64,000 nt of DNA from Octopus sinensis (taxonomy: Eukaryota): the NCBI RefSeq assembly GCF_006345805.1, contig NC_043001.1:59334001-59398000 (forward strand), in the 5' to 3' direction. Each line of letters opens with the position of its first letter. The first letter of the stretch is position 1. A program made the position numbers and the translations under genes. Shown here one piece after another: positions 13,814 through 27,193 of the stretch. Below the pieces are notes generated by a model that saw nothing but the letters and a program-made list of their open reading frames with translations, ran no database searches and was not told the origin of the DNA.

Positions 13814-14591
13814 AATAAGAAGTTATAAAAATTCAAAATTATAGAAATTTAAATTTAAAGTATGAAAGAGAGAAACCAGTGTCCACACGCTAATGGAATG
13901 ACATCATCAGACTTTAAGATTCAATTTTATAACAGGCGAAAAGAAAAAGACAGAAAAAAAAGAGACAGAAAGAAAGAGGAAAGAAAAAAAGGAAAGGAAA
14001 ATATTTAATTAAACAGTTTTGTATAAATTTGATCATTAATCTCCATTTTAATCATTTCTCCAGGGCGTGATGTTAATAACCGCAAGCATATTTCTCTTCA
14101 TGCATTTTGAGAAGTGAAAATGAAGTAGATTCAGACTATTTTCTGAGAATATGCACTTTGAAGTCTTTTTCAAAATTGCAGCCGTTTAAAGAAAAAACTG
14201 TTCAGCAAGTTCTGTCGAACGGCTGTTATTGTGCCTGACGTCATATCTGTGCCCATTAAATCTTTTGTTTAATTGTTCAGTTGTAGAACCAAAATAAATC
14301 AAGTTGTGTTTCATGCATTCTGCCGAGTACACCAACTGGGAATCTCTACATGTCCCAGCTTCGGTATAAATCGTAGCATTTCTGTTATGATGCCAAATGG
14401 AATTCACTTGACTCATGTTGTTGCACAGTGAACAGGTCTTTCCTCTCTTGCGGCTGTTTTTCAAGGTACAGCGTGTAGATACTCCAATGTTCGTTTTCTT
14501 GGAATCAGAAATAGAGGTCAATAATTCTCTTATAGTCTTATTCCGTCTAAAGGCGAAGAGTGCGATTCTATTGTAATAGATATTTTATTGG

Positions 14592-14634
14592 TTGAACAAT
14601 ATTTCGACAGTAAGCCTGTCTTTGTCAAGTTCAA
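14592..14634 (-). ncRNA. Minimal type I hammerhead ribozyme motif, U3-A8 core variant
   Basis: TTGAAC-TTGACAA-A-GACAG-gctta-CTGTC-GAAA-TAT-T-GTTCAA: 6-bp stem I, 5-bp stem II, GAAA, palindromic ATAT stem III, AUU cleavage triplet; sense to the PLE ORF. Confidence 0.72.
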
Positions 14635-15494
14635 AATAAGAAGTGATAAAAATTCTTGAAGAAATATTGGCTGAGGAAATATCCGTTTGAAACGCAGATA
14701 TTTTTCGCACCATGCTGATAACTTTCATACAACACTTGAAATGCCAGCTAAATGTCGGTACCAGTTAACCACTAAAGGAATTCTGTCATCTATTGTACTG
14801 TGTTTGCTAAAACTACGCGTGAAGATTTGACAATCTTTGCTAAACTTAGCTATTTCATTAGCTATTTCATTTCATCATGATTCACTGTAAACGCGTTTGA
14901 CATAATGATGTACAAAAGCATTTGCATGTTTCCAGTAATTACCTATGGCAGTACAAATCCGTTTTATCCTTAGAAATTAGGATTTCGGATTTGACCGAAT
15001 AATATGATGTGGATGATCGGACCGACGTTGAAGGTAAATGTGGGATGACGTGGGCTTGCAAAATAACTCTGTCACTACTCTGCCTCCAGAAAAAAACTTA
15101 ACTATTGTGACTAAAAATTCAATGCTAGTTTTGAAACACTAGACGTAAATTTTATGTTGGACTTAATGCCATAGTTTTTAGCATAACACTCACAGAAAAG
15201 CAAGAACTCAAGTAAACTATCCTGAGAGCCCTCTCAGACAATAAAGACGCCATCAGTGAACCGTGAACAAAGTATTGGTTCATGACCATGAAAGGATTTG
15301 AATGTCTTCAGTAGCTGTGTCTCGAATTTCGTCATGAAGACATTAGCGAAATTAACTGCCATGGGAGTACTCATGGTCCAACCCCTCGCCTATGGTAAAA
15401 TCTTTGTTCAAATTTCATTGTGTTACTTTGTAACGCAAATCTCAATAATCTACAGAGAAATTTTGATGGAATACTTTTATTCGACCGCTTAACA

Positions 15495-15650
15495 CGGCCT
15501 CGGTGCTTAAAAATGTTGATTGTAGACAGAAATCAAAAGTATCCCGAATATAGTACTGGGGTCAATGTAATCGAGCAAGTCCTTTCCCCAAAATTCCAGC
15601 TTTGTGCCTATAGAAGGAAGGATTATTATTATTATTATTATTATTATTAA
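15495..15650 (+). mobile_element. SINE family 2, 3' half with (TTA)n tail
   Basis: agtactggggtcaatgtaatcga...cccccaaaattccagctttgtgcc followed by (TTA)n; resembles the reverse complement of the copies at 15781-16000 and 29706-30137. Confidence 0.65.
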
Positions 15651-15780
15651 TAGGATATTCCGTTGATCGGATCTACTGGCACCCTCGTAATCGTAACCGA
15701 CGGAGTGCCAGTTTTTCTTCATTGTGCTTAGTATACTTGTACACCAATGTCACTTTGACAGCATGCGCTGCCCTTTCACT

Positions 15781-16000
15781 TAATAACAATAATGGTTTCA
15801 AAGTTTAGCACAAGGCTAAAAAAAATTATTCCCTTCAAGGTTTGGGGTAGTCGACTAGATTTACCTCAGTGCTCAGCTGGTACTTATTTTGTCGAACCCA
15901 AAAGAATGTAAGGTAAAGTCGACCCTAAGGGCATTTCGACTCAGAAGGGAAAGACGGACAAAATGCTGCTAGGCTAAAAATCCTGTCAGATCGCCGCCTT
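15781..16000 (-). mobile_element. tRNA-derived SINE family 2 (diverged)
   Basis: gcacaaggc...gtcgac...ggtacttattttgtcgaacccaaaagaatgtaaggtaaagtcgacc...gactcag, colinear with 29915-30137. Confidence 0.7.
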
Positions 16001-16004
16001 CGCA

Positions 16005-16016
16005 ATAACAATAATG

Positions 16017-16087
<71 letters not shown>

Positions 16088-16126
16088 CCCATCCTCATCG
16101 ATATGATTGTCTCAATCGACATAAAT

Positions 16127-16176
<50 letters not shown>

Positions 16177-16240
16177 GTTGTTGTTGTTGTTGCTGTTGTT
16201 GTTGTTGTTGCTGTTGTTGTTGTTGTTATCATCATTATTA
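16005..16240. repeat. (TAA)n - 40-bp spacer - (TTA)n/(TTG)n compound microsatellite
   Basis: Read directly; the two tracts are mutually complementary. Confidence 0.95.
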
Positions 16241-17699
16241 TTCAAGGTTTGGTAGTTGTTTCTGCAGCAACAGCAATACATGTAGTAGTAACGACTCAGC
16301 TGCTTTTAGTCACTTTGCGCGCATTGCAGAAAGGTTAAATAAAATAACACTTCCATGTGAAGAATCTTGTTCTGATCGAGTATTTCATCGAAATATTACT
16401 GCTTGGATAAAGATTTTTGCAAATTGTCCATCATCCTCTAACAGAATTCCTTCGACAAGCGATGTTCCGATCGTTCTCGTCGAAATCCACGTTCTTATCT
16501 AATACCGTGGTTGTCTGAATGTGATCTAGTATCCGCTACATTAGAGTCAACTTTCCACTAACCGTATACCCCAGCTGGTAGAGTGCGATGAAGACCTGGT
16601 AATAGCAAGACATGAATCGTCTGTGTCTAATATTGAACAAGATCCACCGCAATATCTCCAATCCCTTGAGCAGCATCTTCACTAAAATAAACAGTCGAAA
16701 GAGGAGCAGGCGTTTTTGAAGAACCGAGTAAACGATTTGAAACTGTAAGTATAATTCAGTATTTATCTTGGCCTCCTAAATTTTATAATCTATGTTATAA
16801 TGAACCAACATTTGAAGGCGATAATGTAACCGGCTACAACAAGACTGCAGTTCGCGACTAAAGTTTGGATGACAGGCTGTGGGTTATCCTAGTTTACAAT
16901 AGGGCATGATTGATATCAATCTGATTCCTGGCAGACAGTTCAAACATAGGCAGTTGTTATCCTGAAGGCACAGCCTTTACTCTCATTCCCATCTAATATC
17001 ACTGACTTACCTGTGCGATCGTCTGTACCGTTAAATATTCTTGCCGGAAAAGTACTGATATTTAACCGCCGAATCCCATCTGACCACAATATGTATATGC
17101 CTTGTAGTCGTCACAAATGGTACTGTGCGTGCATTCGGGAAATATTTGTTTCAGTAATGGCTACCACATCTATTTTAAATGATTTGGGGTTGCTGAGCTT
17201 GTGATCCTGCTTCCAAGCAGACCACAGACTACATACATTTACGCATTCAAACAATGGAGAGGTTACTCACCTTCATCATCGCGAGGTCTGCGTTCTTTCG
17301 CATGAGAGCGTTGTTTGAAAAGCATATGTGTAGTGATGCTTTGTGTACAGTTTGTTTTATAATTTCAGCAGTCCCAGGGAAGTAGTTTAAGAGAGTTTGA
17401 TAAATTTCATTTATATTAATACACTGTCTTTAGATATTTGGGGAATGAATGTTTCAAATTCAACCCCTTCGGTTGTTATTTTGTTTTTGAAATGTTTTGC
17501 CATATAGTTCATATTGTTGTTCATTATTTTTTTACGGTGAAGTTGAATATGCCTTCTGTTTGTGTTTTGTTGTGTTTATTGGTGATGTTATCGGTTCTGT
17601 TTATGGTTTTATTGTTGTGCATGTGTGTGCTTCTGTTGCTGTTGTAGGGGGGTCAATGTGGCAGGTTTGGTAGCTATGAGGATTCTTTTAGGATTTATT

Positions 17700-18050
17700 G
17701 TTCTTGTTTATCGTTTGTTCTCGGTATTATTTTTGTGCATATGTTCCCACAAGATTAACACTTGGCTTTCCTTCATTCTACCACAACACTCACAGAGTCC
17801 TCATTCTTCAAGCAAAAGAGACTGGTGATGCTCGTTATTTCTTTTAGTGAGCTGCATCTATACCATAACATTTTATGTGGGATTGATCTCATGATTACGA
17901 TCTCCCTATACCCTTCTAGAGTCATTCTAAAATATATAATGTTTACATCAGAAAACACGCTGTTTAGCATCACCTTAAACGTTTCCCTAAATACAACTTC
18001 AGGTGTATATATTCCTACGAGGAGCATGTATCCGCTGATATATTTATAGT
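17700..18050 (-). mobile_element. Possible L1/Tx1-like ORF1 fragment
   Basis: Minus-strand IVIMRSIPHKM...SVSVVVE*RKAKC*SCGNIC resembles a decayed ORF1 zinc-knuckle region, followed by an ACA-rich tract as at 21.5-22 kb. Confidence 0.3.
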
Positions 18051-19638
18051 TTCTTCTTTAATAAAGCAGAAAATTTCTATCGTTCAGTACTATCTTCGTC
18101 TTCTCAGATACCATACTGATCTGTACACATCATTCAAGCACTTCTATGTTTTTGCTGGCGTTGGGATTCTAACCCCTATTTTAATTTCTATTTTCTGTCT
18201 CTTCTTAAGGAAGCATAGTTATGTCCAGCTAGGCTAACCAATGTCAGTACCTCAAAATGGACACCTTGGTGACCTCCAGTGCTAAATTAATCCATGTTAG
18301 TATTACACTAACAAATAGCGGAATTGATTTTGAAGTCATTGTAAGGGATTATTTGATATTGCCGTTGTGGCCATTATTATTGTTGTTGTTGTTGGTGGTG
18401 GTGGTGGTGGCGGTGGTGGTGGTTTTGGTTGTGATGGTGATTACAACGGTGGCGGTCGTCGTAGTCACCGTAGGCACAAGATCTAGGAAGCACTGAATCA
18501 GATAATGAAATAGAGGGATAAAATACGAGAACAAAATAATGATGCAGAGACTGTGTCAGGAGTTGAACTAAATATATTTTCATATTTACTTGATTAATAA
18601 AAGTCAAAGATGCGTTAATTTATGGAAGTTAAGCAGCAATTTTGATATTTGTGAATTTTTATAAACTATAAATTTACACTGGTTTTTCCGTGATGAACTT
18701 CTAACAAGGAACTAAGTAGGATAATCATTTAAAATTATATTGTGACAGAAGCGTGTTACTCTCTATTTTTGAAGTGAACCTTACTTCAATATTCATTTAA
18801 ATGTTACATCAGTGTATTCAATGATAAAAGTACACTAAAGAACGTAATACACATATATTGATAAACGCATATAAGTTTTAAAAAGATAAAAATACATACA
18901 CACTCATGCACGCGCGCGCACAAAATACATGCATATACAGATTTATGTGTATGTGTTCGTATATCAATTGCGATATAAGTGTACAGTATATTTTAATGCG
19001 TTTTGTTCGATACATGTGTCAAAACTGCAGCAGTAGTATGCTGAACATAGTTTAATGAAGTTATGAATGATGAATATGCAATATCTATATGGGAGTGTGT
19101 GTGCGCACGTGTGCGTACGTGCGTGTCTGTATTCTGAAATGTACCATCAAACATTGAATGAGATGTGAAACTCAGACACTTAGTCTAAAGTCAAATGACT
19201 CACGAAAAACAACTAAATCGGAAATAAAAGATATCGGGCGAAGCAAATAAACGAAAATATGAAGCATGAACGACATAAAACGAGAGAATTACAGATGATT
19301 TTCCAACAAATTCTTATGGCTAAAGTCCCTATAAAATTCTTTAAAAACTTCATTGCCTTATCTCTCATATCCGTTTCTAGCTTTCTCTCTATGCTTCAAT
19401 TCTCTTTAGCATTTTTCATTTTCTCACAACACATTCTGTTTCTAGGTTTTATCTGTTCTCCCATACAATAATTATCATAGGAACCAATTTTAAGACATTT
19501 TGCTGTTTTATATAATACCAATAGATTTTCTTGCGGTCGTCTTAAATTGAATAGTAAAGCAAAGCGGTTTTTATATCAGCAAGAGTTCTACTAATTGCTA
19601 AGGAGAAAGGAAAAATTGACTTAATAATGACAGTAATA

Positions 19639-19782
<144 letters not shown>

Positions 19783-19792
19783 AATAATAATA

Positions 19793-19834
<42 letters not shown>

Positions 19835-19856
19835 GTAAAGCAAAGCAAAGCAAAAA

Positions 19857-20078
19857 AAAATCGTATTAACTGGAACGGCTCATGTACTGAGAAGAGCATT
19901 ATCGCTGTGAAAACAACATCCATCCATGAATTTATTTATTTATTAATTTTTAAATACATATTTTATCTGTGAATTTGCGTGTGTAATCTGGGAATGCATA
20001 CAATGAGCTTCTCTGCCCTAGGTGTATGGAAAACATTCGGCGAGAAACGGAAGAAAATTTGAAGAAAGAAGGAAAAAA
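19857..20078 (+). mobile_element. R4/Dong-like LINE extreme 3' end
   Basis: KIVLTGTAHVLRRALSL* matches the C-terminus of the element at 26.7-29.6 kb (KIALLGTAHILRRTLSIQ*); flanked by (TAA)n upstream and (ATT)n downstream. Confidence 0.75.
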
Positions 20079-20126
<48 letters not shown>

Positions 20127-20140
20127 CATTATCATCATCA

Positions 20141-20223
<83 letters not shown>

Positions 20224-20565
20224 TTGCTGCAGAATTCATCGGACGTGTTTTCGAACGCTCCAAGTAAGTTCAGTTCAAAATATCTATTTACACCAGGATT
20301 GGTGTCTTTTTGCAATAATTATTCCAAGTTTTGAATAAAGACACCATACTGGTTTTCTATCGATGTTTAGCCTCAAGAGGGGCTAATTTCGGTGGGTGTT
20401 AATTTAGTTGAATCAAATGCAACTCAAAAAGAGGGGAGCACGTTCTGAAAGAGTTCACGAAAAACAAAACAACTCTTCCTGCCAATTTGGTAATGGCAGA
20501 TCCCTCCTTCCCTTCTTTACTGGCAACAATACAGGGGAAGGGGAGGGGAGAAAAACAAATCTGTC

Positions 20566-21980
20566 ATGGTACAAAGTCAGCCTAATAGTAACAGAAACAG
20601 AAACAGCTGTAGGAACGACAACAACAGCAGCCGCAACAGTATCAGCAGTCGCAGCATTAGTAGTAGGGATAGCAACAACTACGAAAAAGACAGCAACTGC
20701 AGCGGCAGTAGCGTTAACAACAACAAGGAGCACAAAAGTGCCAACACTAGCAACAGCAAAACTAATACCGATGACATTGATAAGAAGAGCAACAACAACG
20801 GCAACAGCAGCAACAACAATAACGGCAACAAAAACAACAACGAGAAAAGTACCAATAACAAAAGCACGTTCGCAGCAGCAGCTGCTGCGAAGAGCAAATA
20901 ACGTATTTCCGTAGACCTCAGAAATAGGGAGCAGACGCTAACACAGGCGTGGAAACTAATAAAACAAGAGAAGATTTGGGCCAATTTGACAATTCCATTA
21001 AAGGCAACTGAATCAGTAGAGAGAAGAACGGTGCTTTTCAGATGCACCTAAGAAGATAGGAACAGAGCGGCTTCATTATCCTTAGTAGACATTGAGGCGG
21101 CGCTGAAGTGCATCAAAAATGACCTCGAATATTTAGCGAGGGGCAAACAATACGGCACCATTTAACTCAGAAGGTCTTGCTATGAAAAATTCAATGAATT
21201 CCTGCAAAACTAGCAAAGTCATTATGTACCCTCCCACATAGGTAAAAGTACAGCACGTTCACATACCTACGAACCCACATGTGGTGTCTTCTGGGATGCG
21301 TAAATGTGGTGAAACGGATACTGTCTCGATAGAGGCGACAAGAACTTCCAGGGAGGACTGGTCCGGTGTTGATTGGGAGATACTACTCTAAATCAGACCC
21401 GGAACCAAAAATACCCGGACCACATCTGTATCCAGAAGGGGACAATGATACACATAATAACTGAGAGCAAAAGGCCTCATTATTTCGCGTGTGGAGAAAC
21501 GACTCACTTGCGAGCTCATTGGCCCCCAACTGGTACAATGTGCAAGGGATCAAAGGCCCTCCCACTGCTGTCCACGCTGGGACGAGGACCACAAGCAACA
21601 CCACCACCGGCAAAATCAACAGCGACAACATCAAAAATAAAGGTTCAAAACAAGGAAAGCTCAGTCCTCCCCTCACACCAAACAAAAATACTCGCATAAA
21701 CAAAATTATAAACATACACACAGTGAAGATGAAAGAAAACCAAAAGGTCCAAAAAAAAGAGAAAGAAAGCACAAAACAAAAACTCCATAAAGCATAACAA
21801 CACTCACAATAAAAAATACAGGCACCACCTATGCAAACATCTCCCCCAAAACACTAACAGCATCACAATGAACACCATGACTATAACCAGAATTCTCCAA
21901 AAGAAAACAACCTAAACAAGGACAAACACTCACACAATCATCTACAACTGCACACACCACATTCACAGAACACACAAACA

Positions 21981-22025
<45 letters not shown>

Positions 22026-23075
22026 CAGAAGCAACAGCAACAAGACATTTACCACTAGTCAAGCGAACGAATTAAACAACAGAAAACACCCAACTTCGTA
22101 CACACCAGAAGAGACAACGAGGAACTGATGGCCCTCGTAGCTCAAAACACGGAATTTGAAACAGTGGTGGGTGATATTCGAATCGAACCCGTTTCGTCTA
22201 CCAGAAAATTATTTCTGGCGCGAATGTCGCTGGATTCCCACACAAAAATTCGAGAGAGCTTTCCGGAGGACATGAGAAACGCGAACGGGAGACGCACATC
22301 GAAGCTCTTAAAAGGGTTCCCAATAAAGACCCCACGAATTATGGAAGACAAGACGAACTCCCCGACCTTCAAAAGACACTGGGAGGTAAGTAAATCTCTC
22401 CCTTCTCCCTTCAGCTTTCCAACACGGCCATACTAAGAGTAAGATTTTTAAATATTCGTGGCCTGGTGTCACCCTGGAAGCAGAGGCGCCTGCTCAATGA
22501 CCTCACATCTCTAGAATTGAATATAATTGTTGACAGTAAGACCAGGATTTCCAATACATGCGCATTGGCACACATGGTCGACGGCTATCAGATCTTTGCA
22601 TCTGTTAGTTAGCCGGGAATAGGAAGTGATGTGGCAGTGCTGTTTAGGAAAGAACTGGATCACGAGGTAAACTCGATCTTCCAGGACCCGGACGGAAAGT
22701 TGGTGATCTTGGATGTGAGCAATAGTGAAGTTAGTGTTTTTAGACAGGTGGCCGTCTACGCTCATACCTGAGCCAAACGGTCGATTTCTTTAGGCGTGTG
22801 AAAGCCTTGCTAGGGGACTCGAATGGAGGCAGAGATGGTGGAAGACTTCATCCCTACCTCGACGGCTTGCTGAGCACTGTGAAAGGCAGATAACCTCAGC
22901 CGAAATTCAGGATGCTCTTATCGGCTGCATGAGGTGCAAGTCACCCGCTTTAGATGGTTTGCCCTATGAACCTAAACATGCCAGACTTGTTCTTCGATCT
23001 CCTGGCAGCAGAACGGGAGTATTCCCAATTCTGTCAGGCGGGGCATAATGTCGAAAACAAGAGGGACACATGAGA
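20566..23075 (+). mobile_element. L1/Tx1-like LINE remnant: ORF1 with decayed zinc knuckle plus APE endonuclease start
   Basis: STFAAAAAAKSK; PHYFACGETTHLRAHWP (decayed CxxCxxxxHxxxxC); then NIRGL...SDVAVLFRK...DPDGKLVILDV...VAVYA...LLGDSN (AP-endonuclease motifs), with many stops. Confidence 0.7.
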
Positions 23076-23079
23076 TATC

Positions 23080-24053
23080 TTTATCGTGACGGCCATTGTA
23101 TTCTTTTTATGTAAGGCTCTCACATCCGCTTACCAAGTGGGCCACATTATCCACACTCTTTCCACAGAGTCTGCAATTCTGAGTGTCAGAAGTTTTATAG
23201 ATGTTATACTTCATTGAATTGGTAGCGAGAGCCTGATCTTGTGCAGCATTGATCAGGATTTCGGTGATCTGCTTCAAATCACCTTGCTCAAGAGATGCCC
23301 ACGATGCTATATTATCCTTAACGTCTTGTGTATTCTTTTCAAACAATCCATGCATTCTTATTTCAAGAATGTCTTCTTTTCTCTTCTCCTCAGCTCTTTC
23401 GTTAAACTCTTCCTTGCCAATCATTTCATCTGCATTTACACCCATATCTTTCGCGATATATTGCACTAGGTCTTCTTCACCACTTATCAAATACTCGGCA
23501 AGCGTTTTCTTTTCACTCTTTATACAATGGTCTATAGTTATTAGTCTTCTGCTACCATTATTTCTTTCCACATACAGTCGGTTTACGTTTGCTTTAGGGT
23601 GTAGCGCCCCATGCAGCGTCAAAACTATCCAGTGTTGATATTTCCTCCTTAGTCCATTGAAGGATTGACACGCCTATATCTGACAACCGCAACTGCCCAG
23701 ATATTCATTGCAGTAATCAAATTTTTGGCATTCAGGTTGGATTTCAACACCATCTTCACCTTTTTTGATACGCATCGCTGACATTGACTTTCATTTCTCT
23801 GTGTAGAATGTCATTCAGCCCCCAAATCTCTGAATATCTATACCTACTACACACGGATTCACCCATGGTCTCTCCTGAGGGTAACCGCAGTCCTCTTCAG
23901 GCTTCTTTCTTCCGTCTTTTCATATTAAGTACTGAACATTTGGTAATCCCAAATCCCATACCGATCTCCCTACCACATTTCTGGACTGTTTTAGTCAAGG
24001 AATCTGTTTTTCAGATTTCCCAAACAATTTTAGGTCATCCATAAACAGATGAC
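23080..24053 (-). mobile_element. R4/Dong-like LINE fragment (RT end, CCHC, RHD)
   Basis: HLFMDDLKLFGK, KSNLNAKNLITAMNIWAV, LHPKANVNRLYVERNNG, AAQDQAL, CRLCGKSVDNVAHLVSGC, GRHDK. The 5' break abuts (TAA)n on the sense strand. Confidence 0.9.
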
Positions 24054-24120
<67 letters not shown>

Positions 24121-24138
24121 TTATTATTATTATTATTA

Positions 24139-24178
<40 letters not shown>

Positions 24179-25051
24179 CGTTATTATTATTAAACCGTCC
24201 TAAGCCTCTTTCAACAAAATCAACACCAATCCTGAAAACCTAAACCTGACACTAACACTAAATTATAAATTTAAAGTCAAAAGTTTGCTTCATATGAAGC
24301 GTCACATTTTATACAGATCTGATGAAAATATTCTCTTCCGGTATTGCTTGGCACCATCTTTAACGTTCTCATTTTAATTTACCTTCTAGAAAAGAAGGAT
24401 AGACTTTAGAAAATTTTTTAGTAATATACGTGATTTTCGAGCTTTGTTTTTTGCTGTTCAATAAGTTCGCCTCTGTGGCAGAGAGAGGATGTAGAAAATC
24501 AAGAATCGTCACTCAGAATAAAACCCAACAAGTAAACAATGTGAAAACATAAACATGAGACTGAAATAACACAAAATGAATGCACAGCATGTATTGATTT
24601 GAACAAAGAAATATGTAGGAACGTCGGAAGAAAAGATCGCTTTCATCAGGAGACTTCAAAAGATTATTCCAAGATTATTGGTGACACACCCGCAAAGTAT
24701 GACACTCAAAAGTTGTTCTGCATCAGAGACCAAAGATAAGTGTTTGGTTTCTGGAATGCTGGTGAAGAATTATTGTATTCTCCATATAAGACTCTGTACC
24801 CAGTGGAAAGCAATGCCTCGTGTGAGGCAGAGTTTTAATGCAGAATATGAGCGACCATGGTGTGGGAAACATTCTTGGTATTAGCAATAATACACTATTG
24901 TAAACGAATTGCAGGTCAGGATAATGAGTAATGCAGTATTTGCAGTTTCTGAATTCGCTGAAAAAAATTATATCTCGAGATCAAGTTCCATTGAAGGGGG
25001 AGGGAAGAGGAGCAGGAAGTGCAGGAGGAGGAGCAGCAGAAATAAAAATAG

Positions 25052-25223
25052 TGGTAGTAGTTGTTGTAGTAGTAGAAGCAATAGTTGTTGCGTTTGTAGC
25101 AGTAGGAGGACCAGCATTGAAAGCAGCCGCAACCACTGCAGTAGCAATCATCATTGCTATCATCATCGTCGTCATAGTAGTAGTAGTAGTAGTAATAGTA
25201 GTAGTAGTAGTAGTAGTAGTGGT

Positions 25224-25255
<32 letters not shown>

Positions 25256-25322
25256 TAGCAGCAGAAGTAGTAGCAGCAGTAGTATTAGTAGTAGTAGTAG
25301 TAGCAGCAGCAGAAGAAGAAGA

Positions 25323-25381
<59 letters not shown>

Positions 25382-25382
25382 A
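25052..25382. repeat. Compound (GTA)n/(GCA)n/(GAA)n trinucleotide array
   Basis: Read directly; it explains the poly-S/V/T ORFs in the track. Confidence 0.95.
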
Positions 25383-26223
25383 ATGAATGCTTATTGTTTT
25401 TGCTTTTTTCATTTCTAATAAAGTCACCGGAAAATAAAATAACTTTTAACGAAGTGGGGGGAAACATCTGCCCGGAAGGTGACATTAGTCCTCTGCAACG
25501 ATGCTATTAACATAAAGAAGGGAAAAGAAAATCAAAATGACAAAGTATAAAACGAAAGCAAAATGGCCGTTTTGTGATACATCTTGCAAATAACCAGCAA
25601 GAGAAAAAGAAACAAATGGTGTATGATTGTGTTCTATTTATTGTACGCATAAAAGAGCGGAGGGAGAGCAATTACTAATCTAATAAATCAAAGCCAAGAA
25701 ACGCTTAGCCTCCTTGTTTTTCCGTGTTTGCATTATTTTTTTTATAGTTCCTTAATTCACTTTACATTGTTTTGTTTTCCTTTCAGTAATTTTCATCCTT
25801 TTTCTTTGGATCCTTATGGATTGTAGGTTATTATTATCATTATTATTATTATTGTTGTTGTTGTTGTTGTTATTATTATTATTATTATTGCTGATGATGA
25901 TGATGATGTTTTTGTTGTTGTTATCATCATCATCATCGTCGAGGTCGTCGTTGTTGCTGTTGTTGTGGAATACAGATTGTTTATGTTGGTAAAAAAACAC
26001 ATTTTCGTTCAAGTTCGGGGGACAGCTTTATTGCTCTTATAATTTCTTTTATTTTTGTTTCGCTATGCATTGATTTGTATATGTGTGTGTATGTGTGTGT
26101 GCGTGTGGGTGTGCGTGTGTGTGAGTGCGGGCACGCTTGCGTATGGATAGATAGATATAAATATAGATAGATACATACATACGTATATATACACATATAT
26201 ATATATATTATATATAATATATA

Positions 26224-26275
<52 letters not shown>

Positions 26276-26481
26276 GCACACAGACGCCATATAGAAGTAT
26301 GTATGTGTATATGAATATGAGTATGTGTGTGTATGTGTATGTGTATGAACCTTCATTTTGCAAATATATTGTGCTGTTGCTGCTTCTACTCCTGTTTCAC
26401 CTCAACATTGAGATGCAATATTTTTATATATTCTGATATTTTGAGACGTCAGTTATGAGGAGCAAATGTAAGTTCAGAAGA

Positions 26482-26482
<1 letters not shown>

Positions 26483-26550
<68 letters not shown>

Positions 26551-26581
26551 TAATAACAACAATAATGATAATAATAATAAC

Positions 26582-26631
<50 letters not shown>

Positions 26632-26657
26632 TAATAATAATAACAATAATAATAATA

Positions 26658-26732
<75 letters not shown>

Positions 26733-26746
26733 TAATAATAATAATA
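26483..26746. repeat. (TAA)n microsatellite 5' of the R4/Dong element
   Basis: About 85 mostly perfect TAA units. Confidence 0.96.
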
Positions 26747-27193
26747 AAATCAGTAGACAATCAACGCTACTGAGCAACAAAAAGAAAACAAAAATACTCC
26801 GCAAATATACCATCACAGAAAAAGATTTACCTGAGATAAAAGAAAAGCTGAAGCAAGATATCCTTGCCAAAGCAGAAAGGATCCGCCGGTACGAGAAACG
26901 CCAGCGCTTCTTTGAACAGAACAAAAAGTTCAACTCCAACCCCAAAAAGTTCTACCAAGAACTTGGCAAAAATAAAATAGAAATTACTGCAGCACCAACG
27001 GCAGAAGAAGTGGAAGAATTCTGGAGAGAAATATGGTCGGCGAACGAACAACCAAAAAAAAAGGAGTATTAAAACAACAAACTCAGCATCTGAGCAACTT
27101 TGGACCCCCATAACAACTGAAGAGGTCACCCAGGCACTGCAAAGACTAAGCAACTGGAAGGCACCTGGGCATGACAAGATCCCCAACTTCTGG

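Larger units (their letters stand above)
13728..15485 (-). mobile_element. Penelope-like element (RT-thumb-Cys linker-GIY-YIG, possibly Neptune-type), 5'-truncated and decayed
   Basis: Minus-strand translation: TMSTPMAVNFANVFM, RFTDGVFIV (decayed RYIDD), CKPTSSHIYLQRRSDHPHH, FLRIKRIC, RIPLVVNW, IFPQP, AFRRNKTIRELL, CxxxxxxxxxxxCSLC linker, then LVYSAEC...IYFGSTTEQLNKRFNGH (GIY-YIG). Confidence 0.88.

Noticed and set aside
16300-17330. Faint piggyBac- or MULE-like peptide snippets (LYPSSNIS; KQIFPECTH)
   Set aside because: Single short motifs with no consistent catalytic context.
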